NCBI GenBank assembly: GCA_026770705.1 | Contig: JANJGN010000025.1 | Span: 16,306,001 to 16,370,000, forward strand | Direction of reading: 5' to 3' | Source: Isurus oxyrinchus | Lineage: Eukaryota | DNA length: 64,000 nt | Shown here: positions 1 to 13,912 of the stretch, piece after piece | How positions within the stretch are numbered: position 1 is the stretch's first letter | How the letters are laid out: each line of letters begins with the position of its first letter | Made by a program: the position numbers and the translations under genes | The notes under the pieces: generated by a model | The model's input: only the letters and a program-made list of their open reading frames with translations | Databases searched by the model: none | Told to the model about the DNA's origin: nothing

Positions 1-1767
1 CAATTTTTCTGTTAATAAAGCCCACTTGAGTGGATAGGAGTAGTACATTATCGCAGGTGAGTTGGTTGTTGCTAATTTACTGGAAGGTTTTGCCATTTTT
101 AAACTTGGAAGTGAAATCAGGTGTCATACGCCAATAGAATATGTCACTGATAGTTCAGGATATTCTCTTTTGTACATGGGATTGTTGTTTGTGGCGCTTG
201 TGAAGTTCAAGTCTTTTGGATGTTGCTGTCTGGATGAACTCTTGATCTGGGGGTTGCTGTCTGGATATTGCATTGAGCCAGGTTCAAAGTGGAACTGTTG
301 CATAATATGAGATATCTAGTTGTGTGTAATTGTCTAACCAAACCCTGGTTGTAAAGTGTCTCATCATGAAATTTAAGCTTCCTGTCAGCTTTATAAATAG
401 AGGCATAATAGAGTACAAAAGCCAAGAAATTTTGCTAAACCTATGTAAAACTGTTCAACCGCAATGTGACTGTGGGTTCCAAATTCTGGGCACACGAAGT
501 ATGTGAGGGGAAGGATTAAAGGGTCCTGGAAACAGGAGAAGCACCAAGGCCCGTGATTTCTCCCCCTGGTCCTGATTAAAACCTACCCAACCAAAGCAGG
601 CGAGTAACTCAAAACTCAAGGCTTTAATCAGGCCCAACATCAATCTGCACCTTTGACAACTACAAATAGCAACAAAAATAGGACTTATACCAAAGCAGAC
701 TGAGAAAATTCCAAACGTAAGTATGGATTTGAAGTGTACTTCATTGGCGCTTTGGGAAGTTCTGAGGTCATGAAAGGTTCTTCCTTTTTTTGGGGTCATC
801 GCAACCCAACTTTTATTATTTCAGTTGTATGAGTTAATACTACAGTTGTATATCTGACGTTTAAGTAACTGTGGGGCCAATAGTATTCCCAAAATAGTGT
901 CACACCATAAAGCAAGATCTTGTCATTTAATGCCAGGTCATAATGAGCGTCTGCTCCCTGGCTGCCCTATTGGAGGATTCAGAGGCCATCGAGCACCCTT
1001 AGTAAACAGGCGCTGCAGAGCTGAATTTCTAGACCAATCCCTTCACTGAGGTTGGCCTGGGGGGTCTGTAATCCAGGATGTGACATTATTTTAAGGGCAG
1101 GGAATTGCAGAAGGAGAAAGAAATTGAAAATAAAATTAATTGTTTGGTGGACATAAAAGTTCAATTTCTATTTTAAAAAGGAAATAAATAATACTGTTTT
1201 AGAATTTAAGGTCACTTATTAAATCATTTTATTACACTCAGTGGTAACGTGGCCAGAAGAAACACATAAATACAGAACAGAAGAGCTTCATGTAATGTAG
1301 AATATGGCACCTGAGATCCAAATGTTTCTTTTTATATCGGTTCATTCTGTATGCAGGGACAATTGCAATGACAGCAGTTTTATCTCAGTTGCTAAAAATG
1401 ACAAGCAGGGAAAATTCCAAACTAGTGCCAGCCACACATGTTCTATCTTAGACTCACATGTTAATCTAGTGCAGGGACAGCATTTTATGCCTAGGTGAAG
1501 TTAGTCAATCATTGCCTTCCTCTGCGGGAGCCAGCTGGCAATCCTGTTGTTGTGGCCACAGCTCTGTTTGTTTCAGTAACTTGTGGGTCCCTGGCCACTC
1601 TCTAAGTGTTGCTAAATGTGGAAAGCTTCTGCGTACAAAAATAAGGATTCTTTTGCAATCATCAAGTGTAAAGTAGTATGACAACAGCTATGGGATGATA
1701 TTGATATTTTCATTTTGTAGCTTAAGCTCTAATCTCAGGTGGCACTGGTGCCATCATATTGTGATTA

Positions 1768-1963
1768 CAAAGTCCCTGTGCTGCTACCATCGTTGGTATT
1801 CGTCATTCAGATTCCCCATACCAACACCATCATTCATGTTGCCATTTCAGATTCCTTACATCACTGCCTGCATTGATGTTGCAGTTTTAACTTCACCACA
1901 TCCATTATTCATGTTATTGCCGCAAATTCCCTGTATCAGAGTCATCGTTGATGTTGCTTCAGC
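1768..1963. repeat. Degenerate ~40-bp tandem repeat, ~5 units
   Basis: Recurring a.attccc....cat..tt.atgtt.. units at ~40-bp spacing. Confidence 0.6.
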
Positions 1964-2174
1964 TTAAATGGATTTTGGATTTTCACAAATCTGAAACTTG
2001 TTTTAAACATTCTTTTTTATCTATCTGTTCCCAGCTAAGTTTGTCATGAGAAATGGCTACAACTGGTAAGTCTTTTCTCTGGGAGAGTATCAATGGCACC
2101 AGCTCACACCAGTTATCTCTACTTTTGGTTTGGGAAATATCTGCTATTTTCCAACTTGTACTGATGAGCCATCA

Positions 2175-3428
2175 CCCCAGGTTTGCACTAAGTGTGGTAG
2201 CAAGCGTGAAAGAAGATGGTTACCCACCAACCACAATACAGACTTTTGTACCATTTCGTCTGCCTCCTGCCTCTGAATCGCCCGCCACACCATCACCTCA
2301 CCATTTCCTCGCCCGGGGTGCCATATCTACACTGCAGCTGCCCACACAGTTCTCAGTGCTTGCAGCTCAGGACTGCTGCAGTGAAGACATGGCCCTGAAA
2401 GCCAAGAAGAATTCAGCGACCCTTCACTGGAATGCCTTTTGGAGGCCCGCTGCAATGTCCTCTACCCCCACCTCCTGCCACAGGAGGTCCAGCAACCTCA
2501 CCATTCTGGCTTGGGAGTCGGTGGCAGTTGTGGTTAGTGCCAATGCTGCACTGAAGAGGTTGGCCATCCAGAGCAGAAAAAAGATAAATGATCTCATCCA
2601 CGCAGCCAGGGTAAAGCAGCCAGCTTATTACCCTAGACTCACACACTCACAAGCCGATCACACATTCACTGGCATCTCACTCACTGCCAGCTCAAGGGAC
2701 ATCAACACTCACTCTCTCACACACACCCTCCCAGCTCCATCTGGCCTCATCTCCTCTGGAGACTTGCTCCTCAGCCCTCACCCTCTTGAGGCCACTTGCA
2801 CAGAACAACATGTGACCCCCACACACACCCTGGGATACCCCCCCTTACCCAGTACAGTCCTCACCCTGCAGCCTCTTCCCTTGCCTGAGGCCCACATCTT
2901 TCCCTTCCTCAAATAAGCCCTACTCTGCAGCCGTTGAAAAGCCAACCCCACCTTACGGCAAATCTGGTAGGTAGAGACCTTCCCATGAGCCCCCCCGCCC
3001 CTCTAAAAAGTGATGTGGTGCTGCCCACGAAGCCTGGCGCTGATGACTGTCAGTGTTGCCCGAAGCAAACAAACCTCGAAGTCCCGAGTGAGTGCATCTC
3101 GCCAGGTGCACATCGCTTATGCACAGTTGTGAATCACGCCAACGTGCCCGGCTGATCCAGCGCTGGGGGGATGATTCCGGCCAGCAGGGCTTATAATGAG
3201 ATGTTAAAATATTGAAATTAGGTTCCCGATGCACAGTAGTGGGAAACACGGCCTGCCACTGACGGCTGGAGCGGACAACCACAAACTAGTTCCACAACGG
3301 CATAAAACTGATTTTTGGCCTTTTTGCCATATTATCCCCTCATGCACCCCCCCCAACCCACCCCCACCGCCCCCACCCGCCTCCCCACCAATGGCATCTG
3401 CCGCTAACGGGAGTGGAAAATTCCAATC
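2175..3428 (+). mobile_element. Non-autonomous Harbinger keeping only Myb exon 1 (2389..2610)
   Basis: AWESVAVVVSANA..KR.AIQSRKKINDLIHAAR|gtaaag; right TIR remnant ggaaaattccaatc; colinear with 6794..8041. Confidence 0.78.
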
Positions 3429-3484
3429 ATAGACTAGAATGTCTAAGGCGCAGTGAGTGATGTGGCCAGGCTATTTGGACCTTC

Positions 3485-3843
3485 TGGCTAAAATACTGCA
3501 GGCTGAGAAGAATATCGAGAGGGCGTTGCATCGCGACAGGGTGCGGGATGTCCAATCACAGCGATGGTCATTGGTTGGTGGGCCAGAGGGATGCATTCCT
3601 GCACCAACAGTGCTGACCTGTTCCATGCAACAGTCCTCGTCTCCCTTTAGAAAACCTGGTCAGCCACCACTAAAGCTGGGACACAGAGGAAATCTGAGGT
3701 GAGCAGCCTCATGAAAATATGTAGATGAGCAACGCTGCCCATTAAAACCAGAAGTGCACAGGATCAACGGTAGTTGGGGGAGGGCTTTGAGACTTTTTTC
3801 CATTTTTAGTTCCCACCTGCTTATGGGAGTTAAAATTTTCCCC
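3485..3843. mobile_element. Short Harbinger-type MITE remnant
   Basis: Ends with TIR-like taaaattttcccc; GC-rich body similar in style to other Harbinger ends. Confidence 0.45.
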
Positions 3844-5799
3844 ATAGCCTCAGATTTTATGTTGGAGGAGTGAACAGAAATTTCACCAATTCTTTTCTGT
3901 GGAAAGTACTTCTGGATAAATCCTTCTTCTTGGCAAACTTAAGCTGCATGGTAATTCTTGTCTTTAAAGACACAGAACACTTGCCTGCTTAGAGCTGCTA
4001 TGAGTTCTGCTGAGGCCAGAGGAAAGACCCCCAAACATTTATTTGGTCCCCTTTCCAGCTCCCTTAACAGTCAATGACTTATGGCACACATTTTACCTTC
4101 AGCTTGAGAAGGATAACTCAGGCCAAGTTTCTTTGGGCCACTTTGCCTTCCAAAGGTGGTCAAGGCAGGTACCAGTAAAGTGATCCTGCAGCCTGTCCAG
4201 ACTAAATGGCCATGTTCCTGCAGTTTAGGATGAGGTCAGAGCCTTGGTCACACCAAAGTCTCTCAGACAGTAATAGCCTGATGAAGGTTACACAATTTCA
4301 CCATCCGAAAAGGACGGCTTCTTTTGGACCCAGAGCTTGGTGATGTAGGACAGCAGGGAGATTAAGTTATGCACAAGGAAGGGGGGGGAAGAGCAGAAAT
4401 TCTTTCAGCTGCCAGGGATAAAACTAATCATAGACAACTTTAGCTAAAATAGATATCAGCTCCAGTGCATTTTCTGCCCTGTCTTCATGATCTCCATATG
4501 AAAAGTGTCTATTCTCATCTTATGCAAATAAAACCCTCAGTATTGTTTACTACAACTATGCTTCCTCTTTGTGCTTTCATTTGTGCCTACTTCTGAACAT
4601 ATTACTCACTGAAAAGATCGATTGCCATTCAATTCTGTTCCTGCCAGAATGGATGTAAAGGAAGATCACAAAGAAAAACCTTAAATATTCAGCCCAGCTG
4701 GACTTCCCCTTCTGGAGTGGAAGAGGGCTGATCCAACTTTCCATCAGTTTCACTCTATTGGAGTACTGGACGAGACACCCAATCCTAATATGGTATTGAT
4801 CCTGTCCGTAAAAATTGGGTCATGATCGCTGCAGGACTAAAGTGGCATATGAAAATACAGGACTGCATTTTTACAAATGTGAGGACAACTGATTCATGTT
4901 TTTTTAAACATCTTTCCAACAAATTCACAGCATATTTCCAAAGCTGGGTACTAGCAGAATAAGGAAATATACAGCTGGTGTGGCTTATTGTACTTTAAGT
5001 GTGTTCTGAAATGCTTTGCAACCAGTTTCCTTCCTGCTGTAGTCACTCAGCTTCACATGATCTCTGTTTACATCTTGTTATCTTCCTCTGGGCAAAATGT
5101 CCCCCTTAAATGGTCCTAACAATGTCCCAGCACAAATACAACATGAATACTTTTCAACAGCACATCAGAACAAATTTCTCTTCACTTCAGCACGATCATC
5201 CACTCTGACACTTGCAGCAACAAGAGGATAGAATGCAATTCTGGAGCTGGCTAAGTGCATCTTCCTTGAATCACGCTAGTGTATTTTGAGACTTGTATCT
5301 ATCCCAAGACAGAGGAGATAATATTTTCAAATTTCCTTCCTTGTGTACGATGGTGTGATGAGCTCTCAGACTAGCTGCAGCTAGAGTTTAAATGCCTAGC
5401 ATTTCCAAGGCTGTACTGACAGCCCAGTTCCACTGGCATCGTGGGAAGGAATCTGACCAACCTGCAGGAATCTGCACTCCTGGGAAAACTGCAAAATATC
5501 CAAAAGGAGTACAGAACTTATGCTGAAATGTTCAGCTCAAAGGACCGGCTGCTACACTCAATAGGATACGTGGGAAGGAAAGTTTTCTGAAAGGCACATC
5601 GAGGTTTAGAGTCAGAAGAACATTCAGTCCATATGAATCTATGCTAGCTGTTTGACCAAATCCCATGCCCCTACCTTTTCACTCTTTTAAGCCTTTTTTC
5701 TTGAAGTATTTATCCCCTTCCCCTTAGAAAACAATTCATACAAATTCGACATCAAGCGTTGTCTCTGAAGGGATATTCTGGGTGCGAACCATCTTCTGT

Positions 5800-6170
5800 A
5801 GGAGTTTGAGGGGAGATCTGATAGAAGTATACAAGACTTTGGCAGGTTTAGGTAAGGTAGACAAAGGAAAGCTGCTTCCTTTAACTGATGGTACAAGGAC
5901 AAGGAACACCGAGGGGATGTGAGGAAGAATTTTTTTCACCCAGAGGGTGGTGGGAATCTGGAACTCTCTGCCTGAAATGGTGGTAGAGGTAGAAACCCTC
6001 ATAACCTTTAAGAAGTAAGAAGATGTGCCCTTGCCATGCCGGGGGCATACAAGGTTACGGGCCTAGTGCTGGAAAATGGGATTAGAACTGTTAGGTACTT
6101 GTTTGACCGGCGCAGACTCGATGGGCCGAAGAGCCTTTTTCTGTGCTGTAGACCTCTATGACTCCATGAC
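5800..6170 (+). mobile_element. CR1 3' fragment (further CR1 pieces at ~5620..5750 minus and ~6190..6380 plus)
   Basis: Matches 39170..39550 (cccagagggtggtg...gactcgatgggccgaa...ctctatgactc). Confidence 0.8.
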
Positions 6171-6793
6171 AGATTTTGGACACAGAAATACAGCAGGAAT
6201 GTGAGGAAGCACTTCTTTACACAGCAAGTGGTAATGAGCTGGAGCTCGCTGCCTACAAGGGCGGTGGAAGCAGTGACGTTACAATTTCAAAAGGAAATTG
6301 GATAGGCACTTGGGATAAATAACTGGTTTGTCCTAAGGAGAGCCGCAAGGACTTAATGGGCCCAAAGGTCTCCTTCTGTGCATTTTTAAGGAAAAGTGTA
6401 GATAATCATTTGAAGTAAATGAAAATACGAAGCTGTGAAGAAAGACCAGATCAGGGGAAGTAACCGTGGATCGATCAGTAAAGAGTCACCCTAGACACAA
6501 TCTTCTGTGTCAGGATAAAAGATAGATATTGCATGGTTAACCAAGTTACAGATAAATCAATGAAAAGGAGGCCAAAATCAAACTAGTCAGAAAAGCTAAA
6601 TTAGAAAATGAGGTTAGAACAGCAAGGAATATTAAAACAGATTCCAAGGATATTTGGAGCAAGCTTGTAAAAATGGAAATGGTGGGGGTACTAAAAGATC
6701 CCAAAGGTGACATAATAATATTGGTTTCTCAAGTAGAGTAAGGAGCAACATTCAGATGGAATGTAGATCAGAAAATGAACAGACATAGTCGCT

Positions 6794-8041
6794 TTACCCG
6801 CCAGCCACAATGACCTGCTTTTGTGCCGTAGTGTCCCACTCCCACCTCATTAATTATGCAGCCACAGAAAACACGCTGTCTCGCTGGTGGGCGGCCTCCA
6901 ATTTGCCGGTCATGCTGTTACCTCATCGCTTCCTGATGCAGGGCGCCATATTTAAAATGCAGCCATGCTTGCAATTCTCAATGCTTGCAGCCCAGGACTT
7001 CTCCAGTGAAGACGTGGACCCAAAAGCCAAGTAGAGTGCACCCCCTCCCCTCTGATTCAATGACACATCCCTGGGATGCCTTGTGGTTGCCGTGGAGACC
7101 CATCACAATGTCCTTTACCCCCACTCTGGCTCCAAGAGGCCCATCAGTCTCACCACTCCAGCTTGGCAGGTGGTGGCAGAGGTGGTCAGTACCAATGCTG
7201 CACACAAGAGGTCAGCCATCCAGTGCAGAAAACGGGATATATCTCATCGGTGTCGCCAGGGTAAGGCAACCATCTTAGCACTTTAAACACACACACCAAG
7301 CCTATCACACATTCACTGGCATCTCACTCCCTGCCAGCTCAAGGGACATCACCACTCACTCTCTCACACACACCCTCCCATCTCCAACTGGCCTCATCTC
7401 CTCTGGAGACTGCCTCCTCAGCCCTCACCATCTTGAGGCCCCTCGCACAGATTAACATGTGCCCCCACACACACCCTAGGATAGCCCACTTCCCCAGTAC
7501 TGCCCTTGTCCTGCAGCCTCTCCCCTTGCCTGAGGCCACTTCTCCCCCTTCCCCAAGCAAACTGTAGCCCTGCAGCCATTGAAAAGTCACCCCCCCCCAC
7601 CTTTAAGGCTGGTCTGGTAGGTAGAGACCTATCATGAGCCCCTCTAAAAGTGATGTGGTCCTGCCCTGCAAAGCCTGGCGCCGATGTCTGCGAGTGCTGC
7701 CCGAAGCAAGGTAGGCAAACAAGCCTCAAAGTCCTGAGTGAAGTGCAGCTCGCCAGGTGCATGTCGCTCATGTACAGCCGTGAAACATGTCGGTGTGCAA
7801 TCAAATCGATGTGCATGGATGACCCAGTGTGGGGAGATGATTCCGGCGAGCAGAGCTCATAGTGAGATCCTATCATGCGGCGGTGGGAAGCACAGCCTGC
7901 CACCGACAGGTGGAGCGGGCGATCACAAACTGGTTTCACAGTGGCATGAAAGTAATTTTTGACATTCTCACTACATTGTAAGCCCCCCCACCCCTCCCCC
8001 ACCATAATGCCTAATGCCAACAGGGCCTGAAAATTCTGGCC
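6794..8041 (+). mobile_element. Second copy of the same non-autonomous Harbinger (Myb exon 1 ends 7260)
   Basis: Colinear with 2220..3428; PAWQVVAEVVSTNAAHKRSAIQCRK...|gtaagg; TIR gaaaattctggcc. Confidence 0.8.
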
Positions 8042-8851
8042 AAAGTTCGTTTTTATTTTCTCAGACCACAGAGGAGAAGAATATGGACGTTCTACCCAGC
8101 ATGAAAACTGAGCTTCCAATCAGGCCAGAGGAACGATGAAAAGAATTGGGAATTTCAGATAAGGCGATGAAGATAAAGCACCAGGTCAGACTGACTTTAT
8201 ACAACAGCTACTTAGAGAAGTCTCTGTCTTACTGGATCACATTTCTACCCAATTGCAAGGTATAATACCTAACAGCACTCTTTAAAAGAAGATATGTGAA
8301 TGACCCAGGGAACTACAGGCAAGCCAGCCTAATATAAAAACATAATATAGCAAGGGCAATTTTACAAATGTGAGCTCCCTGGGAGCCCCAACCGGTGGAA
8401 ATGTACATCAGAAAATGGCAGGTGTGCTTATGATTTTCCGTGTTAATTTCAGTGGATGAAAGAGCAAGGAGAGCCTGGTGCCTGCCACTCATAATATCCA
8501 CTTCCAGCTGCGAAAATGCATTCAGAAAATAAACCCTTATAAATTAACTGGAAGTTTTTGCTGCAAGGGACAATTTCTCTTTCATATTGAAGAATACCAG
8601 TTCTGCTCTTGATTTAAATGCCTAATTTTATTTAAAACTGAAGCTGAACTTATGTATTAAAGGATTTAAATATTATACATTTGGGTTCTGACCAGCTCCC
8701 TTCACATTTTGCTCTGATCACCAAACTCGGTCTCTTGAGTATGTCCAGTTTTCATTGCTCCACCATTGGTGGCCAGGCTCCTATAAGGCCCCTAAGTTCT
8801 GAATTGCCCCCCTGAACCTCCCATCCTTCTCTCATCCTTCACTAATGCCCC

Positions 8852-8997
8852 TTAGGGAAGGAAATCTGCCTTACCTGGTCTGGCCTACATGTGACTCTAG
8901 ACCCACAGCAATGTAGTTGACTCTTAAATGCCCTCTGAACAGGGCAATTAGGGATGGGCAATAAATGCTGGCCTAGCCAACGAGCGAATAAAAAAAA
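8852..8997 (+). mobile_element. SINE 3' part sharing its tail with the second CR1-type LINE, inserted in an L2-like 3' end (~8690..9145)
   Basis: ggaaggaaatctgcc..ttacctggtctggcctacatgtgactc...gggcaattagggatgggcaataaatgctggcc + polyA. Confidence 0.78.
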
Positions 8998-9149
8998 GTC
9001 ACTCTTTAAAACGTATCACTTTACCCAAGCTTTTCGTCACCTAACCGAATATTTCTTTATGTGACTCAGTGTCATATTTGTCCAATAATACCCAGTGAAT
9101 CATCTCAGGATGTTTTATGACATTAAAGGTACTATATAAATACGAGTTA

Positions 9150-9820
9150 CTATTGGAGGAGCAGAACCCAGAGGCGATAGTGTTCCTTTGAACCTACTGC
9201 CCTTCTCCTTGTAAGTAGTAGAAGCCATGAGCTCAGAGTTGTTGACAAAGAAGCGTTGGAGAGATGCTGCATTACATTCTGTAGATAGCAGACCCTGCAG
9301 CTATGGCATGTTGATGGTGGGGGAAATGGATGTTTAAGACAGTGTGCGCTGCTGATCAAGCGTACTGCTTTGTTCTGGATCGTGTTGAATTCCTTGAGTG
9401 TTATTGGAGCTCCCAACATCCAAGCAAATGAATAGCATTCTATTATGTTCTTGCCTTGCATCTTTTATATGGAGAGGTTTTGGGGAGTCAGGAGATGAGC
9501 CACCCACTGCAGCATAACCAGCTTCTGACCCACTCTTGTAGCCATGGCATTTATGTGGCTGGTCCAGTTTCTAGCCGATGGTGACCCCTGCAAAATGTTG
9601 ATGGTGGGGACTTGACAACTCAGCAATGGTAACGTCGTTGAATGTCAAGAGGATGTGGTCATGTCCTCCTGTTAAAGATTATCATTGCCTGACACTAGTG
9701 TGCTGTGGATGTTACTTTCCACTAATCAGCCTAAGCCTAGATGTTGTCCAGGGTCTTGATGCCTTTGGGAATGGACTGCTTCATTACCTGAGGACTTGCG
9801 AACAGCGTTGAATACATCTT
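9150..9820 (-). mobile_element. Older fragment of the second CR1-type family
   Basis: IECYSFAWMLGAPITLK.FNTIQNKAVRLI; colinear with 17310..17950. Confidence 0.75.
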
Positions 9821-11619
9821 GATGCCACACTAGGTCAAATCCTGCCTTGAAGTCACTTTCACCTCACTTCTGAAATTGAGATCTTGTGGTTCATACTTTG
9901 TGCAATGCTGCAATCCTATTTACAAAATTCAGCACCTTCCCCCAGTTTTTAGTTGAAATAATCCAGTTGCATTGGGATTTCAAAGTTGTGGCCTTCCTCA
10001 CAACCACTGGCAGACCTTTCCCTATCAAAGAACTTGTCTGAAAGCTTGCCCAGCCTTAGGAAAAGGCATGTGGCTGCCACCTTAGTCTAGTGCAGAAGGC
10101 AGATATCCTCAGACATATCCAAGTGGGGATGCCTTGCTTTACAGACATGAATGATTGGGCAAGGGCAGTTATAGAAATTGGTGTCAGATATAAATAAATG
10201 CTATCTCTCACCTTCTTCCTCCATCAAAACCAGAACACGCTGAGATAACCTAGTGGAATGTCCACTTTCAGGTTTTGATAAATGAAAATATAGCTGCATA
10301 GCTGAAAACAGAGGACTGTAAGTAAATCCAAAATTGCAAATCTTGGCCACAACTGAAACCAGTAACAAAGTTAATAAAAATGTTTTAAAAATGAATAACT
10401 TGTACTACAGCAAAACATGGTTCTACACTCAAATATACTATCCAGAATAGCTGTAGGTGCTTTCAGCTCTTAATACCTTAGGCACTGCCAATGCCACTGA
10501 ACACAGCACATGGCACCAGCCAGTGATTAACACAAGTTTAATTGCCTTAATGAGATATTACACAAAAACCTTGACTGCCTTCTGTCATGAAAAATGTGAC
10601 TTAGTCACAGAACGCTTTTTGTTGTTTATCAGGTGAACAATGAGAAACAAGTCTCAAGGTCTGCTCATCTGATTTCTACCTTTTCCACTCATCTGAGCAG
10701 TGTTGATACTACAGGCATGCCTGACTACATAACTGACCCTATAAATTCACGGGGACAGTTAACTATCTCTAAACTAAATGCTGTTTGCATGCTTATGGAG
10801 GTTTCAGATTGGGTGCATTTAGTGATTTGAAAACTATCCCTTCTTACAGAGGCAAAGCAAATTTAAGCATGATCTCTATGCGTGAGAACATCATCACTCT
10901 GTTTCTGCTAGCATCTGAAGGCAGGTCCCACTGATCACTGATCTCTTTGTAATGCACAGTTGCCTTGTTTCCTATTTAGCTATGAACTCAAGATGAAAAT
11001 TAATTTCAGCCGGATCAAAACACCAAAGTTCATACACGTGGATTAGAGCAGCTTCTCGCTACCCCATGAATCAAGTGTGTGTCTCCTCTGCTCTCCAATG
11101 GGATTAATTGTTCCTCTGGAACAATGTACCACAATTTGGGCAGCAGATACAGCTGATGATGGCAGGAACTCATGGCTGGAAAATCTGCTTAGCATTCTGC
11201 CATTTATGGACATAGCCATGTGATGCAGAAAGGTTAACAGTGAAAGGGTCATAAATTTTCACTTTAGCTCCTTTTATATTGACTCACTAATTAATGATGA
11301 CTGTCATAAGTACAGTTATGTTGGGAATGGAATATGGTATGTGCCTGTGACAGAAATAGCAGTGGGCAAAGCCCTATTACCAGTTGTTCTATTTGTTAAG
11401 AACAATGTAATACAATAAAGCAAATAGTTCTTGTGATTTATTTCCTTTGTTTCAGTTACATAACTAATTAACTTTCCATTTAAACATTATATTTCACATT
11501 AAAGTATGGAAAACCTTTAGTGTACTCTGCAATAGTGCTGTTACAAGTTTTAATGCAAGGCCTCAATGTGGCAAAGAACACTCAAATTTTACTCAAGCCA
11601 ATAAATTAAATTCTCCACT

Positions 11620-11995
11620 GCATTAAACATTCACTCCCTCCAACGCACAGTGGCTCCATCTGGAAGATGCATGGCAGCAACTCACCAAGGCTCTTCAACA
11701 ACACCTTTCAAACCCACGACCTCTACCACCTAGAAGGACAAGGGCAGCAGATACATGGGAAGACCACCAGCTGCACCTTCCTCACCGAACCACACACTAT
11801 CCTGACTTGGATCTATCGAGGTTCCTTCACTGTCGTTGGAACTTCCTCTCTAACAGCACTGTAGGTGTATCTACACCACATGAGCTGCAGGGGTTCAAGA
11901 AGGTAGCTCACCACCACCTTCTCAAGGGCAATTAGGGATGGGCAGTAAAAATGCTGGCCCAGCCAGTGATGCCCATGTCCCATGAAAAGAATTTA
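11620..11995 (+). mobile_element. 3' end of the second CR1-type family
   Basis: aacattcactccctcc...ctcaccaccaccttctcaagggcaattagggatgggca. Confidence 0.85.
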
Positions 11996-13064
11996 AAACT
12001 TAATTTTCCCTTATGCTAGGTTATTTTACATTTAGACAAGGTGACAGTGAAAACAGAGGACAACCACCTTTCCAGCTTTCGTGACCATTTCTCTAAGTTT
12101 TGGTTATTTACTTTTGGCTTTAGGGAGTTAAAACAAGAAAAACAAAACACAAACTAATTATAGCATTGATATGAAGATTCGTATACAGTCTCTCAATTTG
12201 CTAATGATTGAATGATTTTGTCCTCATAAAACTGGTAAGCTTGACAGTCTACCATTGTGGTTCAATGCTATGAAGACGTGAAATATTCATAGCTCTTAGG
12301 CCGAACAAAACATGTATCTTTTTGATAGGTAAATATAACTTAGCTGGACCTGATCATATATCTAAATACTTTCAAACTCTACAATAGGTACAAAATGCAA
12401 AATAAATACAATTCCTAATTTAGTATCCCATGTGCATTTTCTTTATGGCATTTATATGTACAAAATTTTCCACTGTAATAAGTTACTGTTTATGGAAATT
12501 TTCTATTTTTGAACCAACTTTCTGCCTATAAATATATTTCATCTCCAATATTATGACTCTCTCCCTTACCCATTAATTACATAGTGAAATCTTGTCAAAA
12601 GCTTTCTGACACTCCAAATACACATCAATTACATTTTCCTTGTTCACCATACCAGTAAAATCTTTGAAAATCACTCCCATTTGTTCATCCTGACATCCCT
12701 CTCCTGAACCCAGAAAGTTTTGCATCAAATCTTGAATGTTCACTTTAAAGATTTTTCCCATAATTTATTTTAAACTTATTTTGAATCATTGACTCTTGGT
12801 GCTCTTTTTCAAAAAGAAAATAAAAATATATTAAGAATTTTCCAATCCTAAAACTGTCAATTAATGTTTCACTAATTAAATCCGCCTTATTTGGATGATG
12901 TTGCAAGCTGTGTAACACTCAGCCAAGAGATGGGATTATAAATCCATTAATGTACATCCTCAATGCATCACGTAAATCTGTGGTTTGTGAGGCTGAGGGC
13001 AAAAGACTGAACGACAAAGGTGTGAGGATCAGAAAGTAAGTGTTGTAATGTGTTATATGTGTTT

Positions 13065-13480
13065 TATTCATTAGAGTTTAGAAGAATGAGGGGTGATCTT
13101 ATTGAAACATACAAGACTCTGAGGGGGCTTGACAGGGTAGATGTGGAGAAGATGTTTCCACTAGTAGGGGAATCTCAAATTAGGGGACATACTTACAGAA
13201 TAAGGGGACACTCATTTAAAACTGAGATGCAAAGGAGTTTCTTCTCACAGAGGATGTTGAGTGTCTGGAATTCTCTACCCCAGAGAGTTGTGGAGGCCAG
13301 ATCACTGAAAGCATTTAAAGAGGTAGACAGATTTTTGAAATATCGGGTATTAAGGGCTATGAGGAGCTGGCACAAAAGAGGAGCTGAGGCCTGGGGCAGA
13401 TCAACCATGATCTTATTGAATGGCAGGACAGGCTTGAGGGGCTGAATGGCCTACTCCTGCTCCTAATTCTTATGTTCTTA
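13065..13480 (+). mobile_element. CR1 3' fragment
   Basis: YSLEFRRMRGDLIETYK.L.GLDRVD...FFSQR...WNSLP; tail gaatggcctactcctgctcct..ttcttatgttctta. Confidence 0.88.
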
Positions 13481-13912
13481 TACTGTCATTAAGAAAGTTT
13501 TTATATTGACTCCTGGTGGTGAAAGTTCTAGATTTAAATGACCTGTTTACCATTGTGCATAATCTTGTGCCGTTGTGTGCATGTCCAACATTTATAATCT
13601 TTTTATAAGTAGAATAAGCTTAATTAATTCAGAACCTGAGCCCATCTTGATTGTGACATGTTGAGAATTCCATCTTTCTGAGTGGCTTAGAGAGAAATAA
13701 GCAGAGTGAGCACTCGTGATCTAGGATTCTGAGAATCCTGGGGCACGTGGTCATTGCCAGGGAAAAGAAAACCCAGGTCTGCAGGTTCTGCATTGTACAG
13801 GGCACATTGAACTCCTACAGGAAATGCAGTGAGGCTGTTGCAATGGGGAACAGATCATTGAAACGCCCTATAGTTACATCACACTGACTGACATGCATTT
13901 TGAGAAACTCCT

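Noticed and set aside
2053-2916. Longest ORF in the track (287 aa)
   Set aside because: Chance read-through across unique DNA, a frameshifted Harbinger Myb exon and its intron; not preserved in the sister copy at 6794..8041.
7418-8119. 233-aa minus-strand ORF
   Set aside because: Antisense to GC-rich non-coding Harbinger sequence; no recognisable motifs.
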